DNA of 64,000 bases from Thermodesulfobacteriota bacterium (lineage in GTDB: Bacteria; Desulfobacterota_D; UBA1144; Nemesobacterales; UBA2774). How positions within the stretch are numbered: position 1 is the stretch's first letter; every line of letters begins with the position of its first letter. The position numbers and the translations under genes were made by a program. Positions 19,537 to 29,700 of this stretch are shown one piece after another. The notes beneath the pieces are model-generated. The model had not been told where the DNA came from and did no database searches. It saw only the letters and a program-made list of their open reading frames with translations. The stretch covers positions 1,248,001 through 1,312,000 of the forward strand of contig OZ244197.1 in NCBI GenBank assembly GCA_965216785.1, written 5' to 3'.

Positions 19537-21021
19537 TCACTTTACCCGGCCAAGCGCGGGCGCTATAAGGTGCGGGTGATGACGGCCTATTTCATCCGCA
19601 AGAGTGCGGGTGACGTTCTTGATGTCCCACTGCGCGCCCTCTGACATTCTGAGGTTTACAAGATGGAAGAGCTCCCAGAGATCAAAGCTTCCCAGAAGCC
19701 TTCTGTTATGAGCGTTCGTTACCACGTAGCTTGCCGTAAGCGGAAAGCCCTCTTCCCTTAGCCTGTGGTAGAGCTTCTCGGACTCTTTTACTGCGGTCCT
19801 TAAGTCCCCTGCTATACCGGCGCTCTCAACATTCGGCGGCATAGTTATGCCGTCATACACTCCGGGCTCCTTATATATCCAGTCCGTCTTTCTGTGCCTC
19901 AAGAGCTGATGCCAGCAGGCCTCGCTTATCACAAACTCTGCTTTGTACTGTACGAGCTTAAAAGCGTTAATGGGGTTATCGAATTTCCCAAGTTTCTCTA
20001 TCGACTTTTTCAGTATTTCCAGTTTATACGCACTATCCTTGCCTGTAAGCTTTTTCTCAATCTCGTCGTAGCTTAGATTTGAGTGCTCGAAAAGTATCGC
20101 GCGTACCATCTGATCAAGCGCGGTTCCTTCTGGGCTCTCAGAGTCTTTGCCGGTCCACTCAAGGAGGTTTACCGAAGGCTCCTCAGCCGGGCTTCCCGAT
20201 TTATCCCCCTCATTTAAACTTCCACCAAGCTCTTCGAGTTCAGCTCTTGTCCCGGCGATATATTCATTTTCATTTGCGTACTTAACGAGTGTGGGGACGG
20301 AGAAGCGGACTTCCTCCTTTATTTCCTCGGCGCGCTTCCTCACTTCGGGATATTGACTCGAGAGAAGCTTTGTGAGTGAATCCTCTATAGCCCGGGCGTT
20401 TGCGGTGAGGCCTAGGTTTGTAAAAGTCGCCAGGCTCAGCGCGTAGCGCGCGTCTTCAAACGCGACTTTCTCGAGCGCTCTGTGGTGTATTCGCTCCTCC
20501 GTTCCCTCTTCTGTGGGAACGGTGTCTTTCAGATATTCGAAGAGTGTGTCGTTCAGCCCTGCATATATATCGTAAAGATAGTTATTGAGCTCGATAAAGT
20601 CATTATTTAGTGAAGGCTTCTCACTTAGCTCCTTGGGCAAGTAGAAATCGCCTTTAACGGGTTTTTGGTAACGCTGAGAGTACTCCGTAAACGACATGTA
20701 CTCGTTTGAGAGCTCGAGCACCGATGAAAAGAGCCTGGATACCCTCTCGATTCCCACGTGTACGGCTGCGTGCTCTGCTACGGAGGCGTGGCCGTAGTTA
20801 AGTACCCACTTCTCATGAAATTTAGCGGCCCTTTCCTGACCGAGCTGCTCTTCCTGTATGACCGTGTCTATATTCTCTCTAAATCCTTTGGGACTTCGGC
20901 TTACGTATGCGAATATTACTGCCACTACCTCTTCGGGGATATTGCTTACGGTATATATGTCCCTGTCTGTATTGGATACGTATTTATTTACATCATCTAA
21001 ATTTGATTTTTCCTGTGCCAT
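19537..21021 (-). CDS. thyX: FAD-dependent thymidylate synthase, long two-domain form
   Basis: YGHASVAEHA, EYSQRY and EDARY in the N-half; QLLRHR and LR..EGAQWDI in the C-half. Confidence 0.85.
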   Translation of the reverse strand: MAQEKSNLDDVNKYVSNTDRDIYTVSNIPEEVVAVIFAYVSRSPKGFRENIDTVIQEEQLGQERAAKFHEKWVLNYGHASVAEHAAVHVGIERVSRLFSSVLELSNEYMSFTEYSQRYQKPVKGDFYLPKELSEKPSLNNDFIELNNYLYDIYAGLNDTLFEYLKDTVPTEEGTEERIHHRALEKVAFEDARYALSLATFTNLGLTANARAIEDSLTKLLSSQYPEVRKRAEEIKEEVRFSVPTLVKYANENEYIAGTRAELEELGGSLNEGDKSGSPAEEPSVNLLEWTGKDSESPEGTALDQMVRAILFEHSNLSYDEIEKKLTGKDSAYKLEILKKSIEKLGKFDNPINAFKLVQYKAEFVISEACWHQLLRHRKTDWIYKEPGVYDGITMPPNVESAGIAGDLRTAVKESEKLYHRLREEGFPLTASYVVTNAHNRRLLGSFDLWELFHLVNLRMSEGAQWDIKNVTRTLADEIGRHHPHLIAPALGRVK

Positions 21022-21099
21022 TAGTCCTCCTGATATCGGCGCGGGCGGCGAGTAATGCTTGAGTCTCAGAGTTACGGAATCTTATTATACCGGGTCAAG

Positions 21100-21852
21100 C
21101 TAAGTAATAGTAATTCCCTCTTTCATCTTGCTTAAGATGTAGGTGAGCACCTGTCCCGGCGTTCCGTATATTACGGCGTCCACGTAGTCGTCCGCCGGGC
21201 CCTGCTTTTCGCTTATTATAACGACTTTGGCCTCGTTCTCCTTGGCCAGAAAAGGGTATGAGGCAATGGGCTCGTGCTCTAAAGAAGCCCCTGCGATTAA
21301 AAACATATCCGCGTTATGAAGCCTTATCCACGCCTCTCTTGCTTCCCAGTGCGGCAGAGGCTGGCCGGGAAAGGATACGGGGGGCTTGATTTGGTCGCTT
21401 CCGCACTCGGTGCAAAGCGGTATTTCGTTTCCTTTTTCCACAACGCCCAGAATCTCGTGCATCGGGTAGTCCTTCCCGCAGCTCGTGCACGTAGCCCATT
21501 GCATCGAGCTGTTAAGCTCGATCACTGTCGTGCTCCCGGCTCTTAAGTGCAGCCCGTCCGTTGTCTGTGTAAAAATGCAGTCCAGGTTTACGAGCATCTC
21601 AAGCTCCGAAAGAGCTCTGTGGGAGGGTCCGGGCTCTATAGTGGAGACAAGGGGATATATCTCGCTTAATTTTTTCCAGTATTCCTTCCTGACACTTTGG
21701 CTTTCTCTGAAATCTCGTATGTGAGGGTTTAGACGGGGGTCTGACAAGTCCGGCAGTCCCGCTTCCTGAGAGATTTCCGCACCGGTGAGAACTACAATTT
21801 TTTTTGCTTCCTGTAACCAATCGGCAACCGCGGCTGCGGCATCGACTTCCAT
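21100..21852 (-). CDS. Sir2/CobB-family protein with degenerate catalytic motifs
   Basis: LTGAEIS, TQTTDGLH, ELNSS, two CxxC; overall sirtuin layout. Confidence 0.8.
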   Translation of the reverse strand: MEVDAAAAVADWLQEAKKIVVLTGAEISQEAGLPDLSDPRLNPHIRDFRESQSVRKEYWKKLSEIYPLVSTIEPGPSHRALSELEMLVNLDCIFTQTTDGLHLRAGSTTVIELNSSMQWATCTSCGKDYPMHEILGVVEKGNEIPLCTECGSDQIKPPVSFPGQPLPHWEAREAWIRLHNADMFLIAGASLEHEPIASYPFLAKENEAKVVIISEKQGPADDYVDAVIYGTPGQVLTYILSKMKEGITIT

Positions 21853-21988
21853 AGTTTATGGATTATACAACCCGGGGCTAACGGATGTCAACGTAGGAGT
21901 GAACTTGCTTAGTGTTACTCAAACATTATGGTGACCATTAGCCCGCAGCATTAGGTAAACTAACGGGAAACGGAGGTTTACCCTGAGC

Positions 21989-22342
21989 ATGGAAGAGAGC
22001 TTGCAGTACAGACCTGAAGAAATTGCCGAGTTTAGCGATACGGCGTTCATGATACACTGGAGCGACGGGCACCAGAGTATCTATCTATATGAAGAGCTTC
22101 GCCAGGAGTGTCCTTGCGCCACATGCAGAGAGCTCAGGAAAAAATCCAAGACCGGAAAGCTCCCGTTCAAAAAGACCATACCTCTGGGGGCTAAAGCAAC
22201 TAACGTCAGGCCTATCAAGATCGATCCCGTAGGTCAGTATGCCTACAAATTCACCTGGAACGATAAGCACGACACGGGAATATACACCTACGAGTTCCTT
22301 AGAAACCTATGCACCTGTGAAGCGTGCCTACCAGAGCGTTAA
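21989..22342 (+). CDS. DUF971 / GBBH-like N-terminal domain protein
   Basis: WSDGH...LR..CPCA.C and VGQYA..F.W.D.H.TGIY motifs. Confidence 0.85.
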   Translation: MEESLQYRPEEIAEFSDTAFMIHWSDGHQSIYLYEELRQECPCATCRELRKKSKTGKLPFKKTIPLGAKATNVRPIKIDPVGQYAYKFTWNDKHDTGIYTYEFLRNLCTCEACLPER

Positions 22343-22346
22343 CGCC

Positions 22347-23078
22347 TTATTGTATTTCGAATACCATAGTAACTGACGCGTTTACAGTGAGCTCTCCGGG
22401 CTCTATCGGCGGCGGGGGAGGGGCCGCTTCAGCATACGCCGCTTTTCCCCTGATCGCGTAGTCTCTGTATACGGGCATCGGTATCTCGGACGTGGGTCTG
22501 ATGGAAAGTATCTTTACGATCTTCACACCGGCAGCCCCGGCTACGGTCTCTGCAGTGGCTTTGGCGTCTTTCACGGCCAGCTCGAGCGCGCGTTTTCTGT
22601 AAGCGTCTTTTTCGGTCGTATCGAACGAGAGGCTGTCGATCCTGTTCGATCCCGCTTGCGCAACGCTGTCTATGAGCTTTCCGAGATCATTTAAGTTGTG
22701 GGTTTCAACGATAATTTGATTAGAAGCTGTGTAACCCTTGAACTCGGATTTCTTGGTTTCGTTATTGTATTCGTATACAGGCGACAGCGTATATCCCGCG
22801 GTCGAGATTTTGTCTTTCTCGCCAAGACCTGCTTTAATGACTTCCATAACTTTGTTTGTCTTCTCTGAATTATCTTTAACAGCGCCCTCCGCTGTGTCGG
22901 ACCTGCTGTCTACCGCTATGCTGATACTAGCTTTGTCAGGATTGGCAGTTACTTTCCCCTGCCCCGTAATGCTCAAGGTGTTTTTTTCATATTTACCGTT
23001 CTGTGCGTATGTGCTCGAGAACGCAGTCAGGACGAGAATAAAGCAAATCGCTGCAACAGCCGTAATCTTGAATCTCAT
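22347..23078 (-). CDS. SIMPL (DUF541) periplasmic protein
   Basis: Signal peptide, G.GKV.A.PD.A, GY.ASN, A...AV.DA...A and PIEPGE motifs. Confidence 0.88.
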   Translation of the reverse strand: MRFKITAVAAICFILVLTAFSSTYAQNGKYEKNTLSITGQGKVTANPDKASISIAVDSRSDTAEGAVKDNSEKTNKVMEVIKAGLGEKDKISTAGYTLSPVYEYNNETKKSEFKGYTASNQIIVETHNLNDLGKLIDSVAQAGSNRIDSLSFDTTEKDAYRKRALELAVKDAKATAETVAGAAGVKIVKILSIRPTSEIPMPVYRDYAIRGKAAYAEAAPPPPPIEPGELTVNASVTMVFEIQ

Positions 23079-23247
23079 TTATCACCTCTTACTAAGTATT
23101 TTTAGAGCTTTTCCAAATCATGCTCATAGTATACGGAATTATCCGTAAAAATTTAATGTGTCTTCACTACGATAATACTACGAACAGGTAGTTGAGATAG
23201 CTCTAATTATTGATTTTCCTACTTCTTAATGATAATTTTGTAGGTCA

Positions 23248-23922
23248 ATGATTGAAAAGAAGCTCAACTATAAATTTAAAGACCGTAAACTCTTAAAGAC
23301 CGCTCTAACACACAGCTCATACGCAAACGAAACCTCTGTCGAGAGTAACGAAAGGCTCGAGTTCCTGGGAGACGCGGTGCTCGGGTTCGTCGTAGCCCGC
23401 GTTTTGTATGACCGCTACCCGGATGCGACCGAGGGTACGCTTTCAAAAATGAGAAGCGCGATTGTAAGCCGCATGAATTTTGCTCACTTTGCCCAGGAGC
23501 TAAAAGTCGATAAGCAATTACTACTTGGGAAAGGAGAAGAGAATACAGGGGGGAGGCTCAGGCAATCGAACCTTGCAGGCGCGTTTGAATCCATAATCGG
23601 GGCTATCTTCATAGACGGCGGGTACAGAAAGGTTTACGGCATAATTACCAAGTTGCTAAAGGACTGCCTTAACGGTGATGAGGAGATATTCAAGGACTAC
23701 AAGACAAGGCTTCAGGAAATAGCTCAGAAAAAGTTCCGGAAAGTGCCAAAATACAAGGTGGTGCTTGAGGAAGGCCCTCCTCACGACAAGTGTTTTCACA
23801 TTGAGGTTAAGCTCGGAAGAAAACTCTTTGGAAAGGGGACGGGAAGGAATAAAAAACAGGCCGAGCAGGAAGCGGCCAAAGAAGGGCTTGAGGCTATCTC
23901 GCTCTTAAAAAAGTTGTCCTGA
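23248..23922 (+). CDS. rnc: Ribonuclease III
   Basis: NERLEFLGDAVL signature plus dsRBD (DYKTRLQE...G.G.NKKQAEQ.AA). Confidence 0.97.
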   Translation: MIEKKLNYKFKDRKLLKTALTHSSYANETSVESNERLEFLGDAVLGFVVARVLYDRYPDATEGTLSKMRSAIVSRMNFAHFAQELKVDKQLLLGKGEENTGGRLRQSNLAGAFESIIGAIFIDGGYRKVYGIITKLLKDCLNGDEEIFKDYKTRLQEIAQKKFRKVPKYKVVLEEGPPHDKCFHIEVKLGRKLFGKGTGRNKKQAEQEAAKEGLEAISLLKKLS

Positions 23923-23930
23923 TAAAGACG

Positions 23931-25367
23931 CTATTCTTTTTCTTTATTATTAAGCCCAAGCTCATCCATTTTCTTAGACAGAGTGTTTCTATTTATTCCC
24001 AGTATCTGGGCCGCTTTTTTCTTGTTCCCCTTAGTCAGCGTAAGTATTGATTCTATAAGTGGCTTCTCAACTCTCTTGATAACAGTCTCATAAATGTTGC
24101 CGGAGTCCTCCTCGTCCCCGGAACTTAGCAGATACTTAATCTCGTTTGAAATAAGGTTATCGAGTGAGGAGCGGTCTTTTTTAATCCTGCCTTCCAGGTG
24201 AGGGGCGGCTTCGAGAAGTGTTCCTTTAGTGATGATGCTGTCTGAGGACAATACGAGTACGCGCTTAATAATATTTTCGAGCTCCCTTACGTTTCCGGGC
24301 CAATTGTATCCGAGTACCGTGTCTTTGGCCTCATCCGAGAATGTTCTGTTTCCCACGCCGAGCTCTTTTGAGTACTTACTCAGGAAGTGATTGATTAGCG
24401 GAATTACGTCTTCTATTCTATCCCTTAACGGGGGTATCTCGATTGTAATGGCGTTAAGCCTGTAATATAGGTCTTCCCTGAATTTGCCCAGGTTCACCTC
24501 TTCTTCCAGGTCTTTATTGGTAGAGGCTATTATCCTGACGTCCACAGGGGTTGGCCTCTCGCTACCCAGACGGTAGAACTTTCTTTCCTCTAGAATTCTC
24601 AGGAGTTTTGTCTGAAGCTCGGGCGGCATATCACCGATTTCGTCAAGGTGAAGAGTCCCCATGTGAGCCTCCTCAAACCGTCCCTGCTTGGGTAAGGAGG
24701 CTCCGGTAAAAGCCCCCTTCTCATAACCAAAGAGCTCGCTCTCTAGCAGATCTTTAGGGATTGCGGCAATATTTACTGCCACAAGCTTCTCATTTCTCCG
24801 GCTGCTGTTTGAGTGTATGGAGCGCGCGACAAGCTCTTTTCCTGTCCCGCTTTCCCCAACTACCAAAACGGTGATGTCCCGCTCCGCCACACGGCCGATC
24901 ATCTTATAGATATTGAGCATGACCTGGGACTGCCCCACAATATCCTGAAGGGTGTCGGTTTCCCCGCCTTCTTTCCTGAGCATCTGGAGCTTCTTGGTAT
25001 TCTCATAGCTCTCGATTGCTCTTTTGACTGTTATATTTACTTCATCGAGGTCAAAGGGCTTTGCTATGTAGTCATACGCCCCTTCTTTCATAGCGTCTAT
25101 TGCGTTTTTAACAGTGTTCTGGGCTGTGATAATGATTACGGGGGGGTCTATTCCCTCTGCCTTAAGCTCACCCATAACCTCAAACCCGCTCATATCGGGC
25201 ATAGTCAGGTCAAGTATTATTGATGAGAAGTCCTGAGAGCCCGCTTTCTCAATTGCGCTTGCGCCGTCCTCAGCGTACTCTACGGCATATCCCGCTTTCT
25301 GGAGGCTCTTGCCTAGGACCCACCTTATACTCTCTTCATCGTCAACGACCAGTATTTTCCTTTTCAT
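23931..25367 (-). CDS. ntrC: NtrC-family sigma54-dependent response regulator
   Basis: REC domain, [30 protein letters not shown], Fis HTH; downstream of an NtrB-like kinase. Confidence 0.8.
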   Translation of the reverse strand: MKRKILVVDDEESIRWVLGKSLQKAGYAVEYAEDGASAIEKAGSQDFSSIILDLTMPDMSGFEVMGELKAEGIDPPVIIITAQNTVKNAIDAMKEGAYDYIAKPFDLDEVNITVKRAIESYENTKKLQMLRKEGGETDTLQDIVGQSQVMLNIYKMIGRVAERDITVLVVGESGTGKELVARSIHSNSSRRNEKLVAVNIAAIPKDLLESELFGYEKGAFTGASLPKQGRFEEAHMGTLHLDEIGDMPPELQTKLLRILEERKFYRLGSERPTPVDVRIIASTNKDLEEEVNLGKFREDLYYRLNAITIEIPPLRDRIEDVIPLINHFLSKYSKELGVGNRTFSDEAKDTVLGYNWPGNVRELENIIKRVLVLSSDSIITKGTLLEAAPHLEGRIKKDRSSLDNLISNEIKYLLSSGDEEDSGNIYETVIKRVEKPLIESILTLTKGNKKKAAQILGINRNTLSKKMDELGLNNKEKE

Positions 25368-25452
25368 ATCCTCGGTTCAATTTTGCTCGGATTTTAATAT
25401 TGCAATAAAAAGCATGATGTCTTTTAGCCCGGCAGGCTATATTCTCTCACTA

Positions 25453-26520
25453 TTATGAAGCGATAGGGAGATATACCTTAAACACCGTGCCCCTAGCTAC
25501 TTCACTCTCTACAAATATCGCCCCACCGTGCTTTGCTATTATTTGATAAGCCAGAAAAAGGCCCAAGCCCGATCCTTCCTTTTTAGTAGTATAAAAGGGA
25601 TTAAATATTTTATCCAGGCAATCCCCGGATATGCCCGAGCCGCTGTCTCTGATTTCTACAGCCATTGAGTTTTGTCCCTTAAGCTTGTGCTCGGTGATCC
25701 ACCTAGTGGTGATCTCGACTTCACCTTTGCTTTTTATCGCCTGGGAAGCGTTTTTAACGAGGTTCAGAAATACCTGCTTTAACGAGTTTGCGTCTCCCTG
25801 TACGGCAGGGAGCGTGACGTCGTAGTTTTGCTTATATGTAATGCGCTTGTCCGATATGGATTCCAGGTATATGATCTCCATCAGGATTTGGTGAATATCC
25901 ACGGGCTCAATTTCCTCGTCGGCAAAGGGCTCAAGCTGCTTGAGCGTATCAAGGAGAGAGCGCAGTCTGTCGGCTTCTTTTGTGATAATCCCTGCGCATT
26001 CTATGGTCTCTTTATCCTGAGCGTCATTTGCGAGTAACTGCGCCGCGCCCCTGATGCCCGAAAGCGGGTTCTTAAGCTCATGCGCCAAGCCCAGAATAAG
26101 GTTCTCGAACTTTGAAGCGGAAATTTCCTGAATGCTTTTACTGCTGAGGAATTTTGTTCCCACAAGGTTTCTTATCTGCAGAATAACTCCAGATAAAGTC
26201 CCTTTTTTATCAAAAATCGGAGACGCTGCAGACTGAACGGATATTTTGTCGCCGTTTCTTAGCACAGGGTTGAGCTCGTCACTTATAATAGTTCTCTCTT
26301 CCTCAATCGCCATATGGGCAACGTTCTCCACCTCTTCGGGCATAAAGATATTCGAGGGACTGCCGCGCGCTTTCTTTCTGGATATCCTGAAGACGGTCTC
26401 GGCATTATCGTTCATATCGAGCACCGTAAAGTCTTTGTCGAGTATGATTATACTTTCGGGAAGGGAGTCGAATATCTCCTTAAAATCTACTTTCTTCGGT
26501 TTTGCCTCGTTTTTAGCCAT
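25453..26520 (-). CDS. ntrB: NtrB/GlnL-like PAS sensor histidine kinase
   Basis: PAS domain, LAHELKNPLSGIRGAAQLL H-box typical of NtrB, HATPase_c. Confidence 0.8.
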   Translation of the reverse strand: MAKNEAKPKKVDFKEIFDSLPESIIILDKDFTVLDMNDNAETVFRISRKKARGSPSNIFMPEEVENVAHMAIEEERTIISDELNPVLRNGDKISVQSAASPIFDKKGTLSGVILQIRNLVGTKFLSSKSIQEISASKFENLILGLAHELKNPLSGIRGAAQLLANDAQDKETIECAGIITKEADRLRSLLDTLKQLEPFADEEIEPVDIHQILMEIIYLESISDKRITYKQNYDVTLPAVQGDANSLKQVFLNLVKNASQAIKSKGEVEITTRWITEHKLKGQNSMAVEIRDSGSGISGDCLDKIFNPFYTTKKEGSGLGLFLAYQIIAKHGGAIFVESEVARGTVFKVYLPIAS

Positions 26521-26647
26521 AGCTAGGCTCTTGAACTGTTATGTTTTTACAGTTTGTATGAAATAACCCCTTGGGCATGAGTTGCGGCGGAAGCTATTTA
26601 TCAATTGGACGCATTAGCGCTAGTCATATTAAACTGTAAAAAGGTAC

Positions 26648-27967
26648 TTATTGAACCTCCTCGATTCTTATAAACGTGGTCTTAGAGTTGTTGTTTAAGA
26701 AGGAGTTCGTTTCCTTGATAGCCGAAAGAAGGTCCTTCTCCCTGGCCTCGTGTGTCATAATTACCACAGGGACGTCTCCCCCACCGAAGTGTCTTCCTTT
26801 TTGTATCACAGATTCTATACTAATGCCGTATTTCCCCAGACACCCCGTAATTTTCCCCAGCACTCCGGGGCTGTCTTCCGCCTGAAACCTGAGGTAGTAC
26901 TTGTTTGTCGTATCGCCCATTTTTATAAGGGGCTGGGTTTTTGTGTTATCATAGAACCTGGGGACTGAATTGTTTGCGTTCTCAGAATTTTTTTGTTTTG
27001 CTCCGATCTCTTTTGCTATCTGAATCGCGTCGCTCACTACGGCGCTCGCGGTAGGCATCATGCCGGCTCCCATACCATAGAGCATCGTCGGGCCTACAGC
27101 GTCCCCCACGACGTATATAGCGTTAAAGGCGTCAGACACATCGGCGAGCTGCGTGCCCTTTCTGACAAGCGCCGGGTACACCCCGGCTTCAATTCCATTG
27201 TCTTTGGATTTAGCGATCGCAAGGAGCTTGATTTTATATCCAAGCTCGTCCGCGAAAGATATATCGAGGGGCGTGATCCCCCGTATCCCTTCGACGTGAA
27301 TCTTCCCGAAGTCGAGGAAAATACCGAATGAGAGCATAATTAATATGGACAGCTTGTGCGCGGCGTCTACGCCGTCAATATCAAATGACGGGTCTGCTTC
27401 CGCGTACCCCTCATCTTGAGCCTGCTTGAGCACGTCTTCAAACTCAGAGCCTTCGTCTGTCATTTTGGACAGTATGTAATTCGAAGTGCCGTTCATGATT
27501 CCGTGGATCGAGAGTATATTGTTTGCGGCATAACCGACTTGAGCTGATTTTATAATCGGTATACCGCCGCCTACGCTCGCCTCGAACCCGACTTCCACAC
27601 CCTTCTTAGATGCAAGGGCGAATATGGCCTTGCCGTGGTGCGCGAGTAGCGCTTTGTTTGCCGTGACCACGTGCTTTCCACTCTGTAGCGCGCCCATCAC
27701 AAAATCCTTTGCGATCTTCGTGCCGCCGACAAGCTCGATTATTATATCGATCGACTCGTCTTCCAAGAGCTCGCTTGCGTCTGTCGTCAGCTTTTTCTTT
27801 GGCAGCCTTACCGGTCTTTTCCTTTCGGGGTCGTTATCCGCAATCCTCTTCAGATTGAGCTTTACGCCGGTTCTTTTCTCTATAATATCTTTATTTTGAT
27901 TCAGTATCTTAATGACGCCCGAGCCTACTGTGCCCGCGCCTATTAGGCCAATATTCACTACACTCAT
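26648..27967 (-). CDS. hom: Homoserine dehydrogenase with ACT domain
   Basis: IGAGTVG, VVTANKA, FEASVGGGIP, NGTSNYIL and GYAEADP motifs. Confidence 0.97.
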   Translation of the reverse strand: MSVVNIGLIGAGTVGSGVIKILNQNKDIIEKRTGVKLNLKRIADNDPERKRPVRLPKKKLTTDASELLEDESIDIIIELVGGTKIAKDFVMGALQSGKHVVTANKALLAHHGKAIFALASKKGVEVGFEASVGGGIPIIKSAQVGYAANNILSIHGIMNGTSNYILSKMTDEGSEFEDVLKQAQDEGYAEADPSFDIDGVDAAHKLSILIMLSFGIFLDFGKIHVEGIRGITPLDISFADELGYKIKLLAIAKSKDNGIEAGVYPALVRKGTQLADVSDAFNAIYVVGDAVGPTMLYGMGAGMMPTASAVVSDAIQIAKEIGAKQKNSENANNSVPRFYDNTKTQPLIKMGDTTNKYYLRFQAEDSPGVLGKITGCLGKYGISIESVIQKGRHFGGGDVPVVIMTHEAREKDLLSAIKETNSFLNNNSKTTFIRIEEVQ

Positions 27968-28030
27968 ATATACTTCTCCTTAGCTCTGTTTAGCATTCTT
28001 GATTAAACGGGAAATTATACATTATTATAT

Positions 28031-28059
28031 TTGACTTTAAACGAAACCGCACTTAAATT
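28031..28059 (+). promoter_or_regulatory. Sigma70-type promoter of tRNA-Ala
   Basis: TTGACT-17 nt-TAAATT ending 14 bp before the tRNA. Confidence 0.6.
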
Positions 28060-28073
28060 TAATGTCACCCCGT

Positions 28074-28149
28074 GGGGCCGTAGCTCAGTTGGGAGAGCGC
28101 ATGAATGGCATTCATGAGGTCGAGGGTTCGAATCCCTTCGGCTCCACCA
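28074..28149 (+). tRNA. tRNA-Ala(GGC)
   Basis: 76 nt GGGGCCG...CGGCTCCACCA; anticodon arm CATGA-ATGGCAT-TCATG; G3:U70; T-loop TTCGAAT. Confidence 0.97.
28105..28149 (+). repeat. att core (tRNA 3' half), left copy
   Basis: Identical to 51088-51132. Confidence 0.95.
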
Positions 28150-28176
28150 TTAATTTCAGTAACTTACAACACCCGT

Positions 28177-29253
28177 TCAACTTTCCATATTAGCTATGTC
28201 AGTGGATTTGTCAGTAAATGATTCTGGCATATAAGCTGCAAGTGCTTCAACAGCGTCTTTTAGAGTATCTTCTGGATGTGCATAACGCATAGTTGTTTTT
28301 AGGTCGGCATGACCTAAAATTCTAGACACTGTTACTATTGATGCACCTGATTCAATCATCCTAGTTGCTGCAGTATGACGAAGGTCGTGAAATCTAAGTC
28401 CCTTAATTTTTGCTCTTCTACAAGCTCCAGCAAATGATTGCTTTAATGAGTCATGCCTTTTATATGGAGAACCTTTTGTACTTAAGAAAACATAGTTCGA
28501 TGAGCCAACTTTTAGTTTCTGTTCTAGTAGTACCTTTCTAAGTATAGAGTTGATAGGTATACGTCTTGTTTTTTTACTTTTTGTATTAGTGTGTTCGAGG
28601 GTGATTAGCTTCTTGTCTAGGTCTACATAATCCCATTTAAGACTTAGTACTTCATTTTTCCTCATTCCTGTATGAAGTGCACAAAGTAGGATTGATTTTA
28701 GGGCAGGGGAACTCGTTTCTAATAGCCTGGCCTCTTCCTCTTTGCTAAGTATGCGTTCAATTTGATTATGTTCGGTTAGTAATTTTGAAATTGATACAGG
28801 ATTTTCTCCAAAGAACCTTTTTTGTCTCTTGGCAAAATTAAATAAATGACTTAGACATGCAAGGTCTCTATTAACTGTTGCAGGTTTAACTTTTTTTAGT
28901 CTATATAGCTTGTAGTCATCAATATCACTTGAGGTAATATCAGATAGCCTCTTTCCATCAAAAAACGTCTCTAGACGCTTTAATTGAGCTATGGCTAACT
29001 CCCAAGACCTGTTTTGTTTGACATCCCTTATGTGTCTAATATATTCATCTTTAAACTGTGCTATTGTAGGAATATCAGTTTCTATCATTTCATATTGACC
29101 AAGTTTTATTTGCTGTTCTCGTTGGCGTAGAACCTCTTTAGCCATGGATTTAGTTACAACTCCTGCTCTACCTATAGATTCCCGTTTAATCCTGCCATTA
29201 GGCTTTTTGTACTCAATTACCCATCTATCTCTTATTCTGAATACACTTCCCAT
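28177..29253 (-). CDS. Tyrosine integrase (arm-binding, core-binding and catalytic domains)
   Basis: TGMRKNE, TKSK, FHDLRHT, LGH and TMRYAH catalytic residues; adjacent to att. Confidence 0.95.
   Translation of the reverse strand: MGSVFRIRDRWVIEYKKPNGRIKRESIGRAGVVTKSMAKEVLRQREQQIKLGQYEMIETDIPTIAQFKDEYIRHIRDVKQNRSWELAIAQLKRLETFFDGKRLSDITSSDIDDYKLYRLKKVKPATVNRDLACLSHLFNFAKRQKRFFGENPVSISKLLTEHNQIERILSKEEEARLLETSSPALKSILLCALHTGMRKNEVLSLKWDYVDLDKKLITLEHTNTKSKKTRRIPINSILRKVLLEQKLKVGSSNYVFLSTKGSPYKRHDSLKQSFAGACRRAKIKGLRFHDLRHTAATRMIESGASIVTVSRILGHADLKTTMRYAHPEDTLKDAVEALAAYMPESFTDKSTDIANMES
28196..28217 (+). repeat. Putative integrase arm-type site (left)
   Basis: ATGTCAGTGGATTTGTCAGTAA, identical to 50940-50961; contains tandem TGTCAGT. 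Confidence 0.7.
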
Positions 29254-29255
29254 AA

Positions 29256-29462
29256 TTACTTAACCCCCTTATCAGTTTTTGTTGATTCAGGTAGAGACGG
29301 TTCTTTAATCTCATACCCTTCTCTCTTCATAACTTCATGTATCCAACCCCTGATTAATTCGGAACCTGTCATATGATTTTGCTCGGCATATTTGTACATA
29401 AAATCTAACTCTGTTTCATCCAACCATACCTGAAACCTCTTTAATTTTTTCTTCTTTCTCAT
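29256..29462 (-). CDS. Ribbon-helix-helix (CopG-like) protein
   Basis: KRFQVWLDE.E..F...YA....MT.SELIR pattern; 2 bp upstream of the integrase. Confidence 0.7.
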   Translation of the reverse strand: MRKKKKLKRFQVWLDETELDFMYKYAEQNHMTGSELIRGWIHEVMKREGYEIKEPSLPESTKTDKGVK

Positions 29463-29700
29463 AGAGGATATTATACTCTATTTTAATCCATTTATCTAGT
29501 TCAATATTGATAAAAGGCTATTCTTGGAAAAGAATATATGTGTATGAAATACATATATATTCTAGCTGTAATACTGAAAGAACTTTTATATTTTTATTAA
29601 GTAAAGGTATCCGACAGATAAACCTGAATCAGAGACTAGAGGAAAAGAAGATATAGAAGTTTAATCCAATTCTTAGTGAATACTCAAAGGATATTAACGA

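Noticed and set aside
21022-21099. Riboswitch upstream of thyX
   Set aside because: The leader is short and I could not match it to any known aptamer consensus.
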